Source of the DNA: a virus | Lineage: Duplodnaviria; Caudoviricetes | Virus record (IMG/VR): IMGVR_UViG_3300016672_000090 | Coordinates: 1 to 64,000 of that record | DNA length: 64,000 bases | Reading direction: 5' to 3' (one strand) | Part shown: positions 57,565 to 64,000 of the stretch, in pieces | How the letters are laid out: every line of letters starts with the position of its first letter | Position numbering within the stretch: position 1 is the first letter of the stretch | Position numbers and translations under genes: made by a program | The notes under the pieces: model-generated | Told to the model about the DNA's origin: nothing | The model's database searches: none | What the model saw: the letters and a program-made list of their open reading frames with translations, nothing else

Positions 57565-58047
57565 ATGTCAGAAGCACCGGCTGGAATGAAAATAATGGCA
57601 TCCATAGGCGGGTTTGGCCCAGCAGGATCTATGCCTGTGACGCTCATGGCGTTCAAATCAAACGCACTCGGCACCATGACGGTTTTGAATCAAATTACGT
57701 ATAGGGAGTTTCCAGACGAAGGTTTTGCGTTCGTAACCAACCTTCGGCTGAAAAACTACGATTGCCTGTTCAAAGAGGAACATTTGGCCGCTGCGATCAC
57801 GGCGTACAAGGAAGCAGAAGGCATGGGCACCATTTTGCTGGCGGATGATGTCGCCAAGTGGCGCCCACGGATCGAGTCGGACGGCGTGGATACACAGGGG
57901 CAGAAGTATCGACTGCACGGCGATATCGGTAATGCTGAGGTGGCAGTGCTGGCGCTGGCGCACTTCATGTCACGCCAGCGCGGTATCGAGTCACTGACAC
58001 AGATGAGTGACGATATCGCCCGCCTGTATCAAATCACCTCGATCTAG
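57565..58047 (+). CDS. Hypothetical protein, antiparallel to neighbours
   Basis: SD gagga; 160 aa; convergent with the hdf-like gene. Confidence 0.65.
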   Translation: MSEAPAGMKIMASIGGFGPAGSMPVTLMAFKSNALGTMTVLNQITYREFPDEGFAFVTNLRLKNYDCLFKEEHLAAAITAYKEAEGMGTILLADDVAKWRPRIESDGVDTQGQKYRLHGDIGNAEVAVLALAHFMSRQRGIESLTQMSDDIARLYQITSI

Positions 58048-59405
58048 TCACCAGCGGCGAATGGCTCGCCATAGGCATCAAAACCAGCGTCCTCCAGGGC
58101 GCTACGGCCCTTGTCGGTCAGCATGTAAAGCCCCTCAGCTGTATTGACCATCCCCAGAGCCAGCAATTGCGCCAGCGCATCCTGGTCCTTGATATCTGTC
58201 ACGTCTGCCGCTGAAACAATGGCGATGTTCACCAGCTCAGATAGGCCAGAATCACCGAAGTCAGGGCTCACGCTATCGAGCATGGCAATAGCGGTGGTAA
58301 AGGATTTGGCCAGGCTGCGCTCAAGTGCTGCCTGATCCAAATTACCTTCGGCCTCATTGATCGGGGCATTCGTCTCTACAACGCTCAGCGCTTGTCTGAG
58401 CTGCTCGATAGCGCCAGCGGTGGCCAAGCTATCCATCATCGTCGGATCAGCCAGGACAATCTCACGCGCAGCCACATAGGCGTCGGACATGATCAGCTCT
58501 GCGCCTTGCAGTTGCTCGACTGAATCCAGCAACGCGGCAGCAGCTAAGGTTTCGGCGCCTGGCGCGTTAGGAACAGCGCCAGCAATAAGAGCCCAAGCTG
58601 GGGGCAGTTCGCCATGCTCGTCGGTCGGTACAAGCTCAAACTGGTCGCGGTTGTAAAACAATCCATCTGCCCACTTCTTAGGGAAGCCATTCGGCTGCTT
58701 ACCACCTATGCTGTCCAGCAGCGCAGCAGCGAGTGTCTGGCCTTCTGCGGTAAGCCAGTTTGCCCCATCATCGCGAGCCACAAGATTTGCTTTTAGCAGT
58801 TCGTCACGGCCCTGCTTGCTGATCAAGTCACCGTCCTCGACTGCACCAGCCTGCAACTGCACCAACACTTCTTTTGCGGCATCGTTCAGCTCAGCGGCGG
58901 GCGGCAAACTATCGACCATGATGCCAAGCTGCTGCTGTAAGTCCGCGACTGTAGCCTGGTGCTCAGCAATCTGAGCATCGAGCTGTGCAGCACGCTCGGC
59001 ATAGACCGTTATCTGTTTTGGCGCCGGCGTGCTCATGCCCTTGGGTAAAGCAATGGCCTTCCGTGCCTGCGCTTTCTGGAATGCCCCCTGCGTTTTTTCC
59101 AGCAGCGCGGCAATTTCCGCCACAGCCTTGTCAGAGTCGGTCTGGTTCTTGAGTGGTTGCACAGAGCCGTTAAGCAGCACCTGAAAGATATCGCCGGTCG
59201 TATTCACGCGCAGCACCACCAGTTGGCCACTGGCTACGGTCAAAGAAGCCTCGCGGTAAGTAATGCCAGAAGTCCGGCGCGCAGTGGCATTGAACTCAGA
59301 TGAAACCACGGGCTGACCCGCACGAATCATGAGTGTACTGACCTTCTTAAGCGCCTTGGCAGCCGACTGGGCATTGGTGAAATCGAGCTTATTCGTTGCT
59401 GGCAT
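58044..59405 (-). CDS. Hdf-like (DarA_N homolog) head protein with long acidic extension
   Basis: SGQLVVLRVNTTGDIFQVLLNGSVQP vs P1 Hdf DGQILAIQVNDTGDISSVKLNGKAIP; five (L/M/V)DS motifs. Confidence 0.8.
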   Translation of the reverse strand: MPATNKLDFTNAQSAAKALKKVSTLMIRAGQPVVSSEFNATARRTSGITYREASLTVASGQLVVLRVNTTGDIFQVLLNGSVQPLKNQTDSDKAVAEIAALLEKTQGAFQKAQARKAIALPKGMSTPAPKQITVYAERAAQLDAQIAEHQATVADLQQQLGIMVDSLPPAAELNDAAKEVLVQLQAGAVEDGDLISKQGRDELLKANLVARDDGANWLTAEGQTLAAALLDSIGGKQPNGFPKKWADGLFYNRDQFELVPTDEHGELPPAWALIAGAVPNAPGAETLAAAALLDSVEQLQGAELIMSDAYVAAREIVLADPTMMDSLATAGAIEQLRQALSVVETNAPINEAEGNLDQAALERSLAKSFTTAIAMLDSVSPDFGDSGLSELVNIAIVSAADVTDIKDQDALAQLLALGMVNTAEGLYMLTDKGRSALEDAGFDAYGEPFAAGD

Positions 59406-59437
59406 GACTGCCCCCATGGATTGGATAACTGAGGGAT

Positions 59438-59478
59438 ATTGTGAGGGCTGGAAGTTGCCGGGCACTGGTGTGCTTTGC
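59438..59478 (-). promoter_or_regulatory. Late promoter motif (hdf-like)
   Basis: GCAAAGC-N28-CACAAT. Confidence 0.72.
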
Positions 59479-59533
59479 GCTGGAAATTGTAAAAGCCTTA
59501 ATTAAGTGTAAAGCAACTCCATACACAAACTGC

Positions 59534-59562
59534 TTGCATAGCGTAAAGCCTGTCTTTACATT
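59534..59562 (+). promoter_or_regulatory. sigma70 promoter of higA with overlapping palindrome
   Basis: TTGCAT-N17-TACATT; GTAAAG-cctgt-CTTTAC. Confidence 0.65.
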
Positions 59563-59599
59563 ACGTGCCAGCTAACGACATTCGAAAGGAGAGCGGGAC

Positions 59600-59884
59600 A
59601 TGACCATTAACAATCCTCCCCATCCGGGCGAGGCGCTGCGTGAAGACGTGCTGCCAGAAATTAAAATGACTGTTACCGCACTGGCTAAACACCTCGGCTA
59701 TTCCAGGGTGCAACTGTCAAATGTGCTGCACTGCCGCGCCTCGATTAGCGCGGACTTAGCTTGGCGCTTGGAGCTGTCTGGACTGGGCAAGGCGCATATG
59801 TGGCTTGCTCGACAGTCAGCCTATGACCTATGGCAGGCTCAGCACAAAGATGTACCGACGATCACCCGATTGCATGCGGCATAG
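59600..59884 (+). CDS. higA: HigA-family antitoxin (orphan)
   Basis: PPHPGE.LREDVL...LA.HLG.SR..LS.VL...IS.DLA.RL...WL..Q.AYDLWQA. Confidence 0.9.
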   Translation: MTINNPPHPGEALREDVLPEIKMTVTALAKHLGYSRVQLSNVLHCRASISADLAWRLELSGLGKAHMWLARQSAYDLWQAQHKDVPTITRLHAA

Positions 59885-59924
59885 CACTGGTATGGGCATA
59901 CCACGGGGGAAAAGTTATCCCTCT

Positions 59925-60237
59925 GTAAGTTTAAAAGTTTTAAACAGTTTTATATCTATGTTTTGGCCATTGTGGATAAGTGCTACAGCCCGCGTCCCAC
60001 ATGGGTGGGACCACCATAATAACCCTGTGGATGGGTGGGTGAATTACAAAACCCGGTGGGTGAATTACAAAGAAAGGTGGGTGAATTACAGGCTTTGGTG
60101 GGTGAATTACAAGAAAACCGAGGTTAGGTGGGTGAATTACAAGAAAACGATCCAAACCCGCGCTCTTTTCGACTTGAAGAGCACGCCAGACAAGGCTTAT
60201 AGGGTTTTCTTTGACGAAATTTTGTAATTCACCCACC
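59925..60237. other. Plasmid origin oriV: AT-rich tract, DnaA box, iterons
   Basis: AT-rich 59925-59965; TGTGGATAA at 59971-59979; six iterons; adjacent to rep. Confidence 0.88.
60034..60237. repeat. Iterons GGTGGGTGAATTACA (5 direct, 1 inverted)
   Basis: Starts at 60034, 60055, 60076, 60097 (21-bp period) and 60127; inverted copy at 60223-60237. Confidence 0.93.
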
Positions 60238-60281
60238 CGCGTACTGTTCACTTTTTACTTACCGCAGCATCGGGAGCGATC

Positions 60282-61310
60282 ATGCCAGTCAACAAGAGCC
60301 CAGCGGGACTTGCCAATCAACACAATCGGCGCCTTGATGCCATCAAGAGCCGAAAGAAGCCAGATCGACAGGGCGACCTCCTAGGTGGCACAGAGCCGCA
60401 ACCGAGTACGGCAAAAGCCCCCAAGGCCAAGCCGGCATTAAAAACCAAAAAAGCCACAAGCAAGGAACCGCAGCAGCCTGATTTTTTCGTTCCGATGATC
60501 TACGACATTGGTACCCGCGATATCCGCAGCCTTATGGATGTCGCTCCATTTCGCCTATCGAAAACCAAAAAACGCGAGAACGATGTTATTCGTTACGAAC
60601 TGCCTGATGGCGAGGTTATCGTTTCTTCTGGCGTCTACGGCATGGCTTCGGTGTTTGATTATGACCTGGTGCTGATGGCGACCTCTCACCTGACCGAAGC
60701 GATGAACCGCTTTCGAAAGGGAGACGGGGAAAAGCCAATGCAAGTGTTTCGCCCGCACATAGGCGACGTGATCAAATTCACCAAAAAAACCGAAGGGGGC
60801 AATCAGCGCGCTGCTGTTGTTGGAGCCCTTGAGCGCCTGAGCACCACGCACGTCAAGATTCAGCGCAGTCGGATGATCAAAGACCGGATGGTTATCACTG
60901 ACGAAGGCGAGAACCTGATAGGCCCTTATCGCACCCTGGCGAATGCCAAAAACGGCAATATCGAATACATCGAGTTCAAGGTAGCGGACTGGCTCTACAA
61001 GGAAATTACCGGGAGCGTGCAACCAGACATCCTTGCGGTACACCCGGATTACTTTGAGAGCGAATCGGGCTACATTCGGTTTATCTACCGGCTGGCGCGA
61101 AAGGCCGCTGGAAAGGATATGGCCACTTGGGGATTCGATCTGATCTACCAGCGCAGCGGGAGCGATACCACGTTCAAGGAGTTCTCCAGGAGCCTGCGCA
61201 AGGTGATCAAAGAGAATGACGTACCGGAATATGATCTATCCGAAGAGGCTGGCCAGCGCGGACCACAGCTGCGCATGGTTTATCGTAAGTCTCTTGATTA
61301 CCTGAAATAA
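60282..61310 (+). CDS. repA: Plasmid replication initiator, RPA family
   Basis: LMDVAPFRLSK...G.ASVFDYDLVLMA.SHL...ALERLSTT...RFIYRLARK.AG. Confidence 0.88.
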   Translation: MPVNKSPAGLANQHNRRLDAIKSRKKPDRQGDLLGGTEPQPSTAKAPKAKPALKTKKATSKEPQQPDFFVPMIYDIGTRDIRSLMDVAPFRLSKTKKRENDVIRYELPDGEVIVSSGVYGMASVFDYDLVLMATSHLTEAMNRFRKGDGEKPMQVFRPHIGDVIKFTKKTEGGNQRAAVVGALERLSTTHVKIQRSRMIKDRMVITDEGENLIGPYRTLANAKNGNIEYIEFKVADWLYKEITGSVQPDILAVHPDYFESESGYIRFIYRLARKAAGKDMATWGFDLIYQRSGSDTTFKEFSRSLRKVIKENDVPEYDLSEEAGQRGPQLRMVYRKSLDYLK

Positions 61311-61378
61311 CGGCTTACAAGGATGTTCTCTATCTCACAGGGATGAACAGGGGTGTGTTCATATGGACGAACGAACCC

Positions 61379-61939
61379 CTACGATGGAATTGGCGGGCTT
61401 GTCTTTCCGTTCATGCTATCCGTGTGCGGATGTTGCTGAACGCTCACGCCATCACTGGTCATATCGCCGCCGGTCTGCGTTACAGCGCCCTTAATTGTTA
61501 CCGCCCCTTCAATCGCTACAGCGGCTTTGACGCTCAATGCGGCAGCTATCTCTGCGATTGACTCGGGAGTCAGCACAAGGGACGTACCACCTACGATCAG
61601 GGCGATTTTAGCGCCAGCATTGATCGTGAATTCCTCGTCGGCGTTGATTTCAAAGTTGTCATGGTTCCAGCGGCGCACACCCACCACGTTTCCCGAGTTT
61701 GGGTTGCGAAAACCTGTGATGAGTGGCCGGCGCGGATCACCTGCAATGAACTCAATCCACACCCCGCGCCCCTCGACCAAACGAATCTCAGTGTTGCGCG
61801 AGTCATCACCAAGCGGGTACTCGATTTCAGCGATAGGCAGCTCACTGGCGCCATCGGTGAATGGCGGTATCTCTACGCGCACCTCTCGACGGTCACGGTC
61901 CACTAGGCGAATGAAACCGGGGTGCTTGTTACTGGGCAT
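61379..61939 (-). CDS. Baseplate spike / assembly protein V (P1 gp5-like)
   Basis: OB-fold start, VWIEFI.GDPRRP.I.G, beta-helix tail ending in H.H. Confidence 0.85.
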   Translation of the reverse strand: MPSNKHPGFIRLVDRDRREVRVEIPPFTDGASELPIAEIEYPLGDDSRNTEIRLVEGRGVWIEFIAGDPRRPLITGFRNPNSGNVVGVRRWNHDNFEINADEEFTINAGAKIALIVGGTSLVLTPESIAEIAAALSVKAAVAIEGAVTIKGAVTQTGGDMTSDGVSVQQHPHTDSMNGKTSPPIPS

Positions 61940-62828
61940 TGACGAGTTTCCCTAGCCATAGGCGGCTGCGGCTTTCCTGCGCCCCCTCGTTGTTTTCGAA
62001 GGCATGAGCGGCGGTAATAACCACAAGGTTCTCCCCGCCAACTCGCAGAACGTGACCAGCCTGGATCTGCTGGCATATTGTGCTATCCACGGTCTTGCTA
62101 CGCACAAGCACACAACTTGCGTTCCTGAGCTGGCGCTGATCCGCTCGGGGTATGAACGAAACGCGTCGAGCCTGGCCCATTTGCCCACGGATGATCGCAG
62201 CGTTGTCGTCTACAGAGTAATAAGACGGGATGTCCAGGAGTTGCAGAAACTCGCTTTCGATCTTGGCGCTACTGTCCACCTGGCCGATATCCGCTATGGG
62301 CGCCTGCTTGGCCATGTCGACCAAACGCATGGCCATGATTCGGCCTTCCCTCAGCACCAGCGCCGCACCTTCCTCCTGTAGCGTCTGAGCCAGCGAGTAA
62401 CTGGGCTCTCGACCTTTGAAACAGGTAAAACGCGGTACAGCGAAGTCGCTGCCCACCGGCATGAAGGCACCGCAAGAGCGATATATTGCCCCAAGGGTTG
62501 TATCGGTCAGAACTACAGCGCTATTGAGTGGGCGGGCAACAGAGGCGCAGCGGTGCAGCAATGCGGTCACTTTCATGGCCTGCTGCTGATCCTTTCCCTG
62601 TACCTGGCCAAGTGGCTGAGCGCGGTCAGTCTTGACGATTTCAAACTGTAAGTTCTCGCGGCCAGACCATATCGAGGCCCCTACCTTGAGTTTCTCTTGC
62701 ACGCCATCGATCAGCTTCACCGTGAACTCAACTGAGCGCGGAACAGGCGTTAAGTCAGAGCGGCCAATCCACTTGAGCACCACGTCAGTGGGAAGCATAT
62801 CGCCCCCCTCACGCAGATAGACGTTCAC
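61929..62828 (-). CDS. Baseplate hub-like protein (P1 gp6-like)
   Basis: RSDLTPVP.SVEF motif; position upstream of the spike gene. Confidence 0.7.
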   Translation of the reverse strand: MNVYLREGGDMLPTDVVLKWIGRSDLTPVPRSVEFTVKLIDGVQEKLKVGASIWSGRENLQFEIVKTDRAQPLGQVQGKDQQQAMKVTALLHRCASVARPLNSAVVLTDTTLGAIYRSCGAFMPVGSDFAVPRFTCFKGREPSYSLAQTLQEEGAALVLREGRIMAMRLVDMAKQAPIADIGQVDSSAKIESEFLQLLDIPSYYSVDDNAAIIRGQMGQARRVSFIPRADQRQLRNASCVLVRSKTVDSTICQQIQAGHVLRVGGENLVVITAAHAFENNEGAQESRSRLWLGKLVNAQ

Positions 62829-63622
62829 CGTCCAGGGCCTACAACTTGCCCAACCGGGGTAGTCGCTTTTGTACCCAAAAGGCTGGTAGACGTACGGTCT
62901 AACGATTGAATGCTTGGGTAGCCTGGAGGAACCTTGTTTGATCCGTCATTAGGGGCGCCAGCGGCTGGCGCATCGAAGAACGGAATCGAACACTTGATTG
63001 TCAGGTCCGCTACCAGAATCTTGATGTTCTTAATGCCTTCCGGCTTGACCTCCATCCAGTCAATACGCACAGACTCCAGCGTCTGCGGCATAGGCACCTT
63101 GTACTGACCGAACTGGTAGATCGCATCGAAATAGCGGTTAGACGGTTCTTTGATGAAGGATGACAGCTGTGCGGCCAAGCTCTGGGCTGATCCACCCTCG
63201 CTGGCGATGATCACTATCTGTAGGCGACGATCTAGCATGACGTGCTTGTAGCCGTACCATGATCCAGCTTCCTCAATCTGCTGCATGGTGCGGCCAATGT
63301 GGTCACCGCCCCAATCTGCTCCAGTACCAGCCACGCTTTCATCCATGGCGAAGAGCAGCACCGGGAACAGCGTTGTTTTACCGTCCTCTCCGTTCTTGTT
63401 CTTCTGATACGCCGCAAGCATGGCCTCTGCATCGTCCACCATGCGCGAAGACGCAACCTTAACCGCCTCACTGAACGGCTTGGCCATGAAAGACTGCACA
63501 GCTTTGGTGTCTGCGTAGTCCTCGTAAAGCCCACCACGCCAGCGCTGCAAGTACTGGGCAAAACCTTCCTTGATCTGGTCAAAACTGCCATTCAAAGGCT
63601 TGTTCATAAAGCACCTCGACAC
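62825..63622 (-). CDS. Tail/baseplate protein (P1 gp24-like)
   Basis: Gene order gp24-gp6-gp5; tail-terminator-like beta/alpha pattern. Confidence 0.6.
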   Translation of the reverse strand: MSRCFMNKPLNGSFDQIKEGFAQYLQRWRGGLYEDYADTKAVQSFMAKPFSEAVKVASSRMVDDAEAMLAAYQKNKNGEDGKTTLFPVLLFAMDESVAGTGADWGGDHIGRTMQQIEEAGSWYGYKHVMLDRRLQIVIIASEGGSAQSLAAQLSSFIKEPSNRYFDAIYQFGQYKVPMPQTLESVRIDWMEVKPEGIKNIKILVADLTIKCSIPFFDAPAAGAPNDGSNKVPPGYPSIQSLDRTSTSLLGTKATTPVGQVVGPGR

Positions 63623-63661
63623 TTCGCCCGGCGTACCCGGACAAAGTATCCCTATACATAT

Positions 63662-64000
63662 TTAGGCCAAATTTAAGAGCGACAAGGGTTTGCCAGCCGT
63701 CACCGTTGGGGCCGGGAGCATCCAAAGGTGCTGCGGCGTGACGCGCCCTGTAATTTCAGGACGGATCAGCGGCGAGCCACCTTTCGCAAACGCCCACGCG
63801 ACAAACTCTGAACAGAAGAATCGGGCCTTGCTGTCGAAGCGTTCGGAGTGAATCAAGATCCCGAACAGGGCCAGGTAATCATAGCCAGCCCCCACCATGC
63901 TCAAGGCTGCCTGTTTGACCGCCTGCGCATCCGAACAAGGGATATTGACCATGGCTGCGTAGCTGGACTTCTCCAGACGTTCCTTAAGCGGCGTAATGCT
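63662..64000 (-). CDS. Permuted papain-like (YiiX/YebB NlpC/P60) hydrolase, partial
   Basis: G.GYDY...FFCSEFVAWAF; frame is open to the window end. Confidence 0.75.
   Translation of the reverse strand, partial: SITPLKERLEKSSYAAMVNIPCSDAQAVKQAALSMVGAGYDYLALFGILIHSERFDSKARFFCSEFVAWAFAKGGSPLIRPEITGRVTPQHLWMLPAPTVTAGKPLSLLNLA

Noticed and set aside
60034-60141. Repeat array as CRISPR
   Set aside because: Spacers are only 6-15 bp, there are no cas genes, and a DnaA box, AT tract and rep gene are adjacent: these are iterons
59940-60251. 103 aa minus-strand ORF with VIHPP repeats
   Set aside because: Simply the translation of the iterons
1-64000. tRNA/rRNA genes, IS elements, reverse transcriptase or invertase systems
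   Set aside because: No cloverleaf with T-loop consensus and no transposase, RT or serine-recombinase motifs recognised by eye; tRNAscan-SE and ISEScan would be needed to exclude them fully

Overview
The whole window is part of a P1-like phage-plasmid (temperate myovirus), very probably of Pseudomonas, judged from host-like ssb, rdgC and yejK. There are no host housekeeping operons. From left to right it holds: packaging genes (PacB-like TerL carrying an intein in its Walker A motif, and TerS); about 20 kb of small accessory genes (NinX x2, YejK, DUF2786, ASCH, a stand-alone ligase-Ia domain, dUTPase, Ref nuclease, a candidate lytic replication initiator); a plus-strand ssb-rdgC-integrase block; a lysis cassette with a SleB-type hydrolase; P1-like tail tube, sheath and major capsid genes; a remodelled Dar anti-restriction set (large adenine MTase, InPase-DarA-ddrB fusion, Hdf-like); a type Ib parA/parG-like pair; an orphan higA; an iteron origin with an RPA-family Rep; and P1 gp5/gp6/gp24-like baseplate genes. 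Non-coding structure read directly from the sequence includes a six-copy GCAAACC-N28-(-10) late-promoter motif, nine dispersed phased-octamer arrays resembling a type Ib centromere, a LexA box, and a candidate type I toxin locus. Family assignments come from recognising motifs by eye, not from database searches.
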